Source: Eledone cirrhosa
Taxonomy: Eukaryota
DNA: 64,000 bases
NCBI GenBank assembly: GCA_964016885.1
Contig: OZ024743.1
Coordinates: forward strand, 194,370,001 to 194,434,000
Direction of reading: 5' to 3'
Below, one piece after another: positions 12,482-24,609 of the stretch (position 1 is its first letter; every line of letters begins with the position of its first letter). The position numbers and the translations under genes were made by a program. The notes beneath the pieces were generated by a model. That model was not told the origin of the DNA and made no database searches. It was given only the letters and a program-made list of their open reading frames with translations.

Positions 12482-15400
12482 ATGACCTCACTCAGAATAG
12501 GCAGCATAAATGCGCGTGGCTTGGGGTCGTCATGGAAGCAGGGCCACCTTCTCAACGACCTCAGGTCACTAAACATAGATGTAGTGGCCATCAGCGAGAC
12601 CAGAATCTCCGAAGCACCGGCCTTCGCACCGATCTTCGGCGGCTACGATGTGTACGCATCGCCCAGCCGTCCGGGATCGGGGGGAGGAGTTGCTGTGCTT
12701 TTTCGGAGAGGTTTGGATCTTGCCATACGGGCCATCTTCCTGGACCCAGAAGGTAAGTTGGTGTTGCTGGACGTAACCAGCGGAGACGGGCAAGCTTTAA
12801 GGTTAGTGGCCGTCTATTCCCCGACAGGAGCAGGGCGGCCGGATTTCTTCCGGCGTCTAGAGATCTTTCTTGGAACGTCCCGCTCTTTAGTGTTAGTGGG
12901 CGACTGGAACGGGATCTTAGATGCACGCTGGGATTGTGTGGGATTAGTAGATAGGGAAGGAGGGTGCAAGAGTCTCACCAACCTGCTCAGGCGTTTTGAA
13001 CTGTCTGACAGGTACCGATTGGATTTCCCGAATGTACCAATGTGGACTTGGGCAAATCGCATAGTGTCATCCAGATCATATCTAGATAGAGTATTTTGTA
13101 GGGAAATAGATAGGTCTAGCATAGGCTGTCCACAATTCAAGATAGTCAGCTACACAGACCACAAATTCGTGATCTGTGTGCTTGACTTAGATAGGCTTCA
13201 TAGACGAGGACCCGGCTACTGGAAGCTAAACGCGTCCTTACCAGCGCGCAAGGCCTACAGAGACCGGATTAGCGAACTAGTTAAGCGGGCGTTGACGGGA
13301 GCCATTGTCAACAGCATGTGGTGGTTTGCTCTGAAAAGAGCAATTAGAATAGAGTCCATTAGGTTTAGTAAGGCTTTAGCAATAAAGAAAAATAGAGCAG
13401 AGGGAGAATTAGTTAGAAAATTAGACGAGGCGCTTTGCAAAGGCATCGCGACCGACGTACCTGCGGCGAAATTGGTCCTTGACCAATTCTTCAATGCAAA
13501 GCACGAAGGCTAAGTTATCAGAACTAGGCTGCGTGCTCTCAGACACGAGGCGACGAAAGCCGTTCAATAGGCCAGAGTGGCGGAGGCGTGTCGTGGCAAC
13601 AAAGCCACGATCCGGTCTTTGGTGGATCACGACGGGCGCATGCTACTCGATCCCGGGCAAATGTGTGAAGCTTTTCAGCGAGACTTCGCTCAACTGTTCG
13701 GGGGCAGTGGCGGGCCGGATCGAGGGATGAACTTTAGTATCTACCTCGACGGACTGCCGCGGCTCTCGGCCACTGAGGCGGTGTGTTGCGAAAAGCCGCT
13801 AACAGCCGCTGAAGTCCTGGTTTGGATGGTCTGCCCTATAAACTTTACGTACAAATGCTAGACTTGTTCGGTGACCTCTTGGCGGACGTCTACTGCAACT
13901 GGCAACAGAACGGGAGAATTCCCAGCTCTGTGAGCCGAGGAGCGGTGGCGCTGCTGAGAAAGGATCCGAACAAGGGGGATAACATAGATCATTTTAAGCC
14001 CATAACTCTGCTAAACACAGAGTTCAAGATTTTGGCCAAGGTGCTAGCAAAGAGGTTGTCGCTTGTCGTTGGTGGTCTGGTGGGAGAGGCGCAGACATGC
14101 GCCATTCCCGACAGATCCATCCACGACAACCTACACCTCATGCGATACATCGTAGAGAGGGTAGCTAGGGAACCTGGCACGGGTGGGTCTTTGATCAATT
14201 TAGATCAGTCGAAAGCCTTCGATAGGGTCGACCATCGTTACCTAGCGGCAGTCCTGAGGGCGGCTGGCTTTGAGCCCGTCTTCAGAGGCTGGATCGCTAC
14301 CATGCACAGCGACATCTGATCTGTAGTGAGAGTGAACGGTCACCTTTCGGAACAGTTCAACATCATGCGCTCGGTCCGCCAAGGATGTCCCCTCTTGTCC
14401 CTATTGTACGTATTGACTCTCGAGCCATTACTGCAGAAACTGGAGACGTTGAGGGGGGTCCCGCGCGAGATAGGATGCGGAAGATCCGTGTCAGCTTATG
14501 CGGACGATGTCACCGTAGTGGTGTCGAACGCCAAACACACCGAGGCGATCGGCACTACACTAAGAGAATACGAAGCGGTGACAGGAGCAATGATCAACCA
14601 GGAAAAGTCAGTGGGCCTGCAGCTTGGCACCTGGAGAGGCAGGTCCATGCCGTCCAACAACGTCGTCGGGCGCTGGACGGACTGACCGGTTAAATTGCTA
14701 GGGGACTGGTAGGGTCCAGACCTCCAGACGGACAAAAACTGGGACGAGGTGACGAGCAGGGTGGCTTCTCTCACCCAGAAATGGGCCGAGAGGAAGCTAT
14801 CCCTGAAAGGTCGAGCGGAGGTGGCTACATCGCGTCCGTCATCTACTACCGCCTGACCGTCGTACCTTGTCCTAAGCCCTGCTTACTGCGCTGGAGCGTT
14901 TGCTCTTTCGCTTTTTGTGGAAGGGACGCGCTCCGATGGTCAGGCGGTCTATCTGCTTTCAACACCCGCTACGTGGAGAGCTGGGCATTCCGTGGCTGAT
15001 GATGCGCAGACACGCGCTCAGGCTACGACATCTCTACCTCTTCCTCGACGGTGATCAGTTGTGGTCGCCGTTTGCTAGACACGCCTTTCCCCAGCTCGTC
15101 TCCTTGACAGAGCTGCAGTCCTGGGTCAAGCGAAGACAGAGAGGGAGCGCTTGGAGACTGGAATGTGTTCAGGCGCTCACAGCCCTCGACCAATCGGGCA
15201 ATGTGATCGGTGGAAACTCCACGTTGGCGTTCTATAGAGGATTAGTGGAGGGGATGAGCGACGACGTGCTTGCAGAAACTCTAAGCGTCGACGAAAATCA
15301 ACTAGCCAATCTCTTCGGAAGGACTTTCGGGCCGGGGCCTATGGACAACTTCCAGAAATCCCTGGCCTGGCAGTGCTACCGAGGAGCTTTGACAGTTCGG

Positions 15401-15857
15401 GATAAACTCTACAGGCATGGAGGTGACGCCAGCCGGGCATGTCCGAGATGCGCGGAGGGCGATGAAACCGTCCTGCACGCACTCGTCCAGTGTCCGAGCA
15501 TTGCTGACTTGTGGGTTTATGTCGAACACCTGCTGTCGCGTGTAGGACGTATCCAGCTATCAGCTGAGTCAATCGTGAAGATTGCCCCGCCCTCTTCCTT
15601 TAGCTGGAAAGGGCAGGCAGTTTTTATATGTCTGGTGGCCATGGCGAAAGAGATAGTATGGTGGACACGTTTGAAAGGGCTGAAGACGAGCACTTTACCT
15701 CTTCGGTGATGCCCTGATTAACTTTTTCAAATTTCATTTGAAAAGGAAAATCAGGGGAGAGAGGGAAGTGCTCTCTTCCCAGCATTTTGTTGAAAGATGG
15801 GTGAGAGAAGCAAGTATGGCCCGAATGAATGGGCCTTCTCTGAGTATGTGTCTGTAA
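12482..15857 (+). pseudogene. Tx1 ORF2 (APE endonuclease, RT, zf-RVT-like), disrupted
   Basis: SINARG, ISET, GDWN, YLDRV, TDH; FKPITLLN, DQSKAFDRV, RQGCPL, YADD; CPRC..ETVLHALVQC; several stops and frameshifts. Confidence 0.9.
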
Positions 15858-16101
15858 ATTAAAGGTGGAAAACTGGGAGAGGGCACTTGCCCTGGTGGTC
15901 AGGGTCACTGTGGTCTTTTAATGGGCTTTTTCCACAAATGCCCCTCGGAAGTCTCCCCCCTATTGGGGAATCTTTCTTTGTTATTTTATTACATCCTCTG
16001 TTTTTTTTTACGCGCAGAAATGCCCATTTGTACCGTCCTGTATTGTCCTGTACTGTCCTTAATGTCTACTTTATGTAAACCGTTGTGGTTAATAAAGAAA
16101 A

Positions 16102-16132
<31 letters not shown>

Positions 16133-17304
16133 GTTCTTTGAGTCTCAGTCATTGATGTTAGTTAACTGGAAAGTTTGTTGAAATGAATATCAAGCCACTA
16201 CCTGCAGCCTCAGATATTCAGGACGTCTTGCTCTTACCAGCAAGCATGCCTTTTGAAGCGTTCCAAAAAGCGTGAAGGGGCCAATTTTCTTTAACCATCC
16301 CTGGAAACTTTTTGAGATAGTACCTAGTGCGCCTATGACAATCGGGACCACTTTGACTTCATGGCAGTTCCAAATCCCTTTTACCTCCCACTTTAAGTCC
16401 TGGTATCGGTTAATTTTCTCCCTCTCCTTCTCTTGCACTCTCGTGTCGAATAGGCAGGCCACATCCACAATCAGCCACGATCTTTTTCCCTTGTCCAAAA
16501 CCACCAGGTCAGGTCTATTGTGTTCCAGTTTCTTGTCCGTCTGTATCCTAAAATCCCACAGCACCTTCACCTGATCATTTTCTATCACCGACTCTGGCTT
16601 ATGCTCATATCACTTCACAGAATGTGGTAAATTGTTTACTTTTCATAGGTTCCAGTGGATCAACCTGCCCATCACATCATGTCTCCAGCCCTTATAGTGA
16701 GTCTGGGCTAGGTGTTTACACTCGGATACAATGGGAGCCACAGTCTCCCCTCTCTCTCTCCACAGATCCTGCACAGTGGGCTAGCCTCCTCCTTGTAAAT
16801 ATGGTGTTTCAACCACTTCGTTTTGAGGGCCTGCTCTTGCGCAGCCATTAAGCATTCCTTCTGTAGCCTTTTTAAGGTCTCCTCTTTTCAACCAGTTCCA
16901 TGTCTGTGTATCTCTGAATTCAGTTTTCTCAAAGAAGGTACTATGAATATATTTTTCATGAAGGGTGCTCTTTCTCCTTGTTGTTATTTCCTCCCTAGTC
17001 ATCCCTTGGTCTAATGTCCTCTCCTTCAGTACAGTTCTGAGAATTGGCTTCTTACTATCATTCACACTATTTGTGTAGGTTGTTTTTCTCCATCTGAATA
17101 CAGTCCTCTATGCTGATAAGACCTCTTCCACCTTCAGATCTCCTTGAGTAGAGTCTATCGACATCACTCCTCTTGTGGAACATGTTGTAGATAGTCTTCC
17201 TAGTCTTCCTATCCATTTCTTTTTGTTCAGCAACATTCCATCTCAGAATTCCCGCACAGTACATAATAATAGACACAGCTCGGGAATTTACTGCACTTAT
17301 GGCA
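16133..17304 (-). mobile_element. R4/Dong-like LINE, family C copy 1 (3' part)
   Basis: WDFRIQTD..HNRPD..VDVAC..K..RYQDL RLE domain; near-identical to 32931-34102; flanked by (TTA)n. Confidence 0.88.
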
Positions 17305-17307
17305 GTA

Positions 17308-17344
<37 letters not shown>

Positions 17345-17345
<1 letters not shown>

Positions 17346-17623
17346 AGTTGCATTTATCTTGCTTTATGTTCATACGAGTTATCACCAAGTCACAACCAGT
17401 GACCTCAAGAGACAACATGGTCCGCCATGTTCAAGGAAGAACATACATACTCACACATGCATCTTTAGTGTTTAGACTTGTGATGTACTTATATTGACAG
17501 AATCTTCCTTAGTATATGGGCAGTTCCCATTAGTACTATCTTTTGTATTTCTCCTATACGCGGGTTTCCTGTGATCTGCGATAAGTAATCATTAGACCCC
17601 TTAGGTATCATTCCCAGAGCGCC

Positions 17624-17625
<2 letters not shown>
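17345..17625 (-). mobile_element. R4/Dong-like family A, 280-bp 3' end
   Basis: Near-identical to 8167-8447; flanked by (TTA)n. Confidence 0.88.
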
Positions 17626-17665
<40 letters not shown>

Positions 17666-17881
17666 GGGCGACCTACGTAGTAAATCGTATTATCGTGTGC
17701 TCCGCAAAGGTTTGTTATTTTCAGTTGTTTAAAATTGCCATTTATGAAAGATATTTATTGTTAACTGTATATATGTGCACATACATTGTTTTCTGAAAAG
17801 GACACTCAAAAAGATTGGGGCCTTGAGCCCAAAATTTAAACTTTTATAATTATCAAACCAAAGTAATTTCTTTGAAAAATC

Positions 17882-19799
17882 ATGGCCGACTCACAGCTGA
17901 ACCAGTAGCTGAGAGCCTTCTTCAGAAACTAACACCTCACACCGACACCACCTTTGTAAATATTACTACGTTTGCCAATATTAAAAATATAAGCAGTAGC
18001 AATATTTTAAATTTGTCTCAGGCAGACATTCAATTCCCGCCATTACCGATGACTCCAGGTGTTGAAGCTGCCACACCCACCACCACCACAGCGACAACAG
18101 AAAACAAAAGAAAAAAAAAATTATCTCGTGATATCGAAACGAATTCAGCCAAAATGAAATCTTCCACACTGAACACCACTGACGCCACCACCACCACAAC
18201 TGAAACTAAAATTAACAATAACAAAAATAACGATAACAACAACAGCAACAATGAGAATAAGAAAACCCTGTCTTTTGCCAGAGTAGCAAAAACGTGCGAA
18301 GCATTCCAGGTAACTCAGGAGAAATTAAAAGAAACCAAAAAAATGGTAAAGAAAGAAAGGTACAGGGTCAGCCCCCCCCTAATAAAATGGAGCATTGGCG
18401 CCTATGCACCGTGTCTTATCGGACGATTAACATAAAATCGCGCCAAGTGGATCGGGCATCCGAGTCCCAAATCCCAAAAGCTTTGGGACATGTGTGGACA
18501 AAAAATCCCCACATCAGACGTGGGCAGAAATATGGAACCGTGGACGTGTTCTTTGAAACACCACAGGAGGCCAGAGAACACTGCATGGCCCCATTAAGAA
18601 GTGACGACTTCACACTCGTTCCAAGCTATTGTGGCCAGAGACTCGTGAAGATCAGGGTGACCCACGTTCCACCGGCCATCGAAATTCCATGGCTAATTGC
18701 TGCCGTCCTCGCCGGCATCGAAGCCAAACCAAGATAATCGAAATAGCGAAAGAAAAGCAGAAGAACTGGTCCGGATCTGGGATGGAGCTCCTGATCCAAG
18801 CGGACCAAAAAAGCATTGAGGAGATCCCCGAGGTAATAGACCTCACTGACGGCAGCCACCTCACCGTAATCGCCGAGGGCAGAAGGCCTAGGTGTGTCAT
18901 TTGTGGTGAAGGAACCCACCTAAGGGCTTTCTGACCTCAGGCTAAAAGGTTGAGGCCACTTCTCTTACCCACCCCAGTGACTCAACCCTCAACACCACCA
19001 GCAGCAGAAATGGCAGCAAAAACAGAAGCAACTGTAACAGCAACAACCGCAGCAACGGTAGCAAAACCAACACCACCACCACCCAACGCGCCAAAACTAG
19101 CACCAGCGCCTACACCATCCACCACGCCACAACCAAAACCAACGCCTGTGGAGGATTTTCCACTCCCCGACCTATCGCAACTGGAGACATATTGTGACGA
19201 CGAGGAGTGGGAAACGGTATCAGAAAAAAAGAAAAAAAGAAAACGAAACCAAAAAAGAAAAAAATCCCCTTCCTTCCTCCTCCAAAAACAAAATACAGAA
19301 GGAAACAAATAAACTATCAAACAAAACAGTTAGGACAGCGATGCCACCATCCACACCAGCATCACCAACCCCATCACCACAAACACCAACACCATCACCA
19401 TCATTAACCCCAACACCACCATCACCAACACCACAAAAGTCACCAAAAAGCGAAACAGAAACAAACTCACAACAAACGCAAACAAAACAAAACAACCAAA
19501 ACGATACACACTACACAGCAATAAATTTGAACAACAAGCAATTATTACACTACATCCAACACAACACCAGCATCACAGAAAAAGACTACACAACAACCCA
19601 AACGTTCACACCACCTCCACACATACAAATCACTCGCATCACACAGAAAACGTACACGACACTGAAACAAAAATTCCCCAAATACATCGTAAACTTCCGA
19701 CAAGCACTCTCCAGGACGATTTATAAGGACATCCTTCCGGAGGAGGCCACATGAAGTGAAAAGGATGGAGAAACCATCCTTCCTCGAGAAGTAAGGTAA
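17882..19799 (+). pseudogene. Tx1 ORF1, frameshifted
   Basis: Homologous to B1 ORF1; knuckle CVICGEGTHLRAF followed by a stop. Confidence 0.8.
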
Positions 19800-19833
19800 G
19801 AGGTCTTTCCCATCTTTCCCACTCCATTTCAAC

Positions 19834-22800
19834 ATGACCTCACTCAGAATAGGCAGCATAAATGCGCGTGGCTTGGGGTCGTCATGGATCAGGGCCACCC
19901 GCTCAACGACCTCAGGTCACTAAATATAGATGTAGTGGCCATCAGCGAGACCAGAATCTCCGAAGCACGGGCCTTCGCACCGATCTTCAGCGGCTACGAT
20001 GTGTACGCATCTCCCAGCCGTCCCAGCCGTCCAGGCGTTGCTGTGTTTTTAGGAGAGGTTTGGATCTTGCCATACGGGCCATCTTCCTGGACCCAGAGGT
20101 TAAGTTGGTGTTGCTGGACGTGACCAGCGGAGAGAGGCAAGATTTCAGGCTAGTGGCCGTCTATGCCCCGACAGGAGCAGGGCGGCCTGATTTCTTCCGG
20201 CGTCTGGAGACCTTTCTTGGAACGTCCCGCTCTTTAGTGTTAGTGGGCGACTGGATCGGGAACTTAGATGCACGCTGGGACTGTGTGGAATTATCGGATA
20301 GGGGAAGTGGTTGCAAGAGCCTCACCAACCTGCTCAGGCGTTTTGAACTGTCTAGCAGGTACCAATTGGATTTCCCGAATGTGCCAATGTGGACTTGGAC
20401 AAATCGCATAGGGTCATCCAGATCATATCTAGATAGAGTATTTTGTAGGGAAATAGATAGGTCTAGCATAGGCTGTCAAGAATTCAAGATAGTTAGCTAC
20501 ACGGACCACAAATTCGTGATCTGTGTGCTTTACTTAGATAGGCTTCATAGACGAGGACCCGGCTACTGGAAGCTAAACGCGTCCTTACCAGCGCGCAAGG
20601 CCTACAGAGACCGGATTAGCGAACTAGTTAAGCGGGCTTTGACTGGGGCCATCGTCAACAACAAGTGGTGGTTTTCTCTGAAAAGAGCGATTAGAATAGT
20701 GTCCATTAGGTTTAGTAAGGCTTTAGCAATAGAGAAAAATAGAGCAGAGGGAGAACTAGTTAGAAAATTAGACGAGGCGATTAGCAAAGGCATCGTGACC
20801 GACCTACTTGCGGCGAAATTGGCTCTTGATCAATTCTTCAATGCAATGCACGAAGGCTGCGTTGTCAGAGCTAGTGAGCGTGCTCTAAGACACGAGGGGA
20901 CGAAAGCCGTTCAATGGGCCCGAGTGGCGGAGGCGCGTCGTGGCAACAAAGCCAGGATCCGGTCTTTGGTGGACCAAGACGGGCGCATGCTACTCGATCC
21001 CGGGCAAATGTGTGAAGCTTTTCAGCGACACTTCGCCCAGCTGTTCGGGGGCAGCGGCGGGCCGGATCGAGGGATGGACTTTAGTGTCTACCTCGAAGGA
21101 CTGCCGCGGCTCTCGGCCACTGAGGCGGAGTGTTGCGTAAAGCCGATAACAGCCGCAGAAGTACGGGAGGCAATGACTGGCTGCACAAGAGGTAAATCGG
21201 CTGGTTTGGATAGTCTGCCCTATGAACTTTACGTACAGATGCCAGACTTGTTCGGAGGCCTCTTGGCGGACGTCTACTGTAACTGGCAACAGAACGGGAG
21301 AATTCCCAGCTCTGTGAGCCGAGGAGCTGTGGCGCTGCTGAGAAAGGATCCGAACAAGGGGTATAACATAGATAATTTTAGGCCCATAACTCTGTTAAAC
21401 ACAGAGTTCAAGATTTTGGCCAAGGTGCTAGCAGAGAGGTTGGCGCTTGTCGTTGGTGGTCTGGTGGGAGAGGCGCAGACGTGCGTCATTCCCGACAGAT
21501 CCATTCACAACAACCTCCACCTCATGCGATACATCGTAGAGAGGGTAGCTAGGCAACCTGGCACGGGTGGGTCCTTGATCAATTTAGATCAGTCGAATGT
21601 TTTCGATAGGGTCGACCATCGTTACCTAGCAGCAGTCCTGAGGGCAACTGACTTTGGGCCCGTCTTCAGAGGCTGGATCGCTGCGATGCACAGCGACATC
21701 TGCTCTGTGGTGAGAGTGAACGGTCACCTTTCGGAACCGTTCAACACCATGCGCTCGGTCCGCCAAGGATGTCCCCTCTCATCGCTCTTGTACGTATTAA
21801 CTCTGGAGCCATTACTGCACAAACTGGAGACGTTGAGGGGGGTCCCGCGCGAACTAGGATTGCGGAAGACCCGTGTCCGCTTATGCGGACGATGTCATCG
21901 TAGTGGTGTCGAACGCCAAACAGATCGAGGCGATCGGCACTACACTAAGAGAATACGAAGCGGTGACAGGAGCAATGGTCAACCAGGAAAAGTCAGTGGG
22001 CCTGCAGCTCGACACCTGGAGAGGCAGGTCCATGTCGTCCAACAGCGTCGTCGGGCGCTGGACAGACGGACCGGTTAAGTTACTAGGGTCTGGTTTTGTC
22101 CGGACCTCCAGACGGACAAAAACTGGGACGAGGTGACGAGCAGGGTGGCTTCTCTCACCCAGAAATGGGCGGAGAGGAGGCTATCCCTGAAAGGTCAAGC
22201 GGAGGTGGCTAACGCGTACATCGCGTCCGTCATTTACTACCGCCTGACCGTCGTACCTTGTCCTAAGCCCCGTCTGACTGCGCTGGAGCGTTTGCTCTTT
22301 CGCTTTTTGTGGAAGGGACGCGCTTCAATGGTCAGGCGGTCCATCTGCTGTCAACACCCGCTACGTGGAGGGCTGGGCATGCCGTGGCTGATGATGCGCA
22401 GACACGCGCTCAGGCTACGATATCTCCACCTATTCCTCGACAGTGCTCAGGTGTGGTCGCTGTTTGCTAGACGCGTCTTTCCCCAGCTCGTCTCCTTGAC
22501 GGAGCTGCAGTCCTGGGTCAAGCGAAGACCGATAGTGAGCGCTTGGAGACTGGAATGTCTTCAGGCGCTCACAGCCCTCGACCAATCGGGCAATGTGATC
22601 GGTGGAAACTCCACCTTGGCGTTCTATAGAGGATTGGTGGAGGGGAGGAGCGACGTCGTACTTGGAAAAACTCTAAGCGTCGACGAAAATCAACTAGCCA
22701 ATCTCTTCGGAAGGACTTTCGGGCCGGGGCCTATGGACAACTTCCAGAAATCCCTGGCCTGGCAGTGCTACCGAGGAGCTTTGACAGTTCGGGATAAACT

Positions 22801-23236
22801 CTACAGGCATGGAGGTGCCGTCAGCCGGGCATGTCCGAGATGCGCGCAGGGCGACGAAACCGTCCTGCACGCACTCGTCCAGTGTCCGAGCATTGCTGAC
22901 TTGTGGGTTTATGTCGAACACCTGCTGTCGCGTGTAGGACGGATCCAGCTATCAGCTGAGTCAATCGTGAAGATTGCCCCGCCCTCTTCCTTTAGCCGGA
23001 AAGGGCAGGCAGTTTTTATCTGTCTGGTGGCCATGGCGAAAGAGATAGTATGGTGAACACGTTTGAAAGGGCTGAAGACGAGCACTTTACCTTTTCGGTG
23101 ATGCCCTGATTAACTTTTTCAAATTTCATTTGAAAAGGAAAATCAGGGGAGAGAGGGAAGTGCTCTCTTCCCAGCATTTTGTTGAAAGATGGGTGAGAGA
23201 GGCAAGAATGGCCCTACTCTGAGTATGTGTCTGTAA
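19834..23236 (+). pseudogene. Tx1 ORF2 (EN-RT), frameshifted
   Basis: The 738-aa ORF 19862-22078 covers most of EN and RT; YADD lies in a shifted frame; C-terminal ORF 22133-23056. Confidence 0.9.
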
Positions 23237-23532
23237 ATTAAAGATGGAAAACTGGGAGAGGGCACTTGCCCTGGTGGGCAGCGTCACTGTGGATTTTTAA
23301 TGGGCTTTCTCCACGAATGTCGCTCGGAAGTCTCCCCCCTATTGGGGAATTTTTTCTTGTTCTATTATTACATCCTCCGTTTTTTTTTTTTTTTACACGC
23401 AGAAATGCCCTTTTATACCGTCCTATATTGTCCTGTACTGTCCTTAATATCTACTTTGTGTAAATCCTTGTGGTTAATAAAGAAAACATTCTTCTTCTTC
23501 TTCTTATTATTATTATTATTATTATTATTATT

Positions 23533-23830
23533 CTCCCACTTATTCTTGATAGGGTCGTGGGGCCAAAGTCCTCAAACACTCCTTCTAGCGGGTCCTGTCA
23601 GAAGCAACCGTTTCCAACTGATCCGGCTGGATCCCCAAGCTCATGGATTGTTATCCAACCATCTTGCTCGGTGTCACTTGCCGGTTGGTAGTGTCTAATC
23701 CTTTTAATTTTTACACACTACCAACTGGCAAGAGACCCAGAAGCTTGGCTGGTCACGCTTGGGGATCCAGCCAGATCAGTTGGAGACAGTTGCTTCTGAT
23801 AGGACCCGCTGGAAGGAGTGTTTGAGGGAT
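23533..23830. mobile_element. Inverted pair of RTE-like LINE 3' ends
   Basis: Peptide RLGIQPDQLETVASDRTRWKECLR and PTGKRPR; the minus copy ends in (TAA)n; related fragment at ~55688-55765. Confidence 0.6.
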
Positions 23831-24515
23831 ATACGAGAGAGGTAATAGTTGAGAAAATCAGATAAATAATCCTTATAGACGGAATTTAGTAAAAAAAAAA
23901 GTCCTTCACATGTTCAAATTGTTTAGATAGTTACCTAAATATGTATTTGTTTTAGAAAACATCTAACCTGTCGCACAATAGTAAGGTTTTTAAACCATTC
24001 ATAGTCTGGAAATCTACAAATTAATGTACATGACAAAGAACAGGGTAATCAACAAAATACCCACCTATTAGAAATAATTGCCAAACATGTGGGTTGTATT
24101 TTCCCTAATTAATTTCTATCTTTATTTCTTCAGGTTTTCTAAAGGGAATATTTATCCTTAAATTAAAAAAACACATAAAATAAATGAAGATTAATTTTTG
24201 TAATACATCTTCATATTTTATAACTCTTCCGGTGAGAATCTGATAACTTTTGCTTGATGAAGAAGAAAAAAGAATATGATTTAAGAGATATTTTTTCTGT
24301 AAACCACGATTCTCCTAATGGCACTATTTCATCCAGTGCTACAAATATTCGTTTTCTCCTTTCGGGTAACAATTCATAAATAAAATGGGTAATATCCTGA
24401 TCATTCTTTCTTTTTTGATCAAAAGAAGTGAGATTATTCATACAGAATGATGACTACATTGTACAATATAATATTAATAATCTAGCAAATAGTGTATGTG
24501 ATATTCATACACACA

Positions 24516-24609
<94 letters not shown>

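Larger units (their letters stand above)
10371..16102 (+). mobile_element. Near full-length Tx1/L1-clade LINE, copy B1
   Basis: 5' end GGCGACCTACG directly after (TTA)n; ORF1 plus ORF2 (APE endonuclease, RT, Cys-rich C-terminus); 3' end AATAAAGAAAAC followed by (ATT)n. Confidence 0.92.
17666..23487 (+). mobile_element. Near full-length Tx1/L1-clade LINE, copy B2
   Basis: Same 5' end and organisation as B1; flanked by (TTA)n and (TTC)n(TTA)n. Confidence 0.92.

Noticed and set aside
10731-22921. Antisense and alternate-frame ORFs overlapping the LINEs
   Set aside because: Shadows of GC-rich or low-complexity LINE coding sequence with no recognisable motifs.
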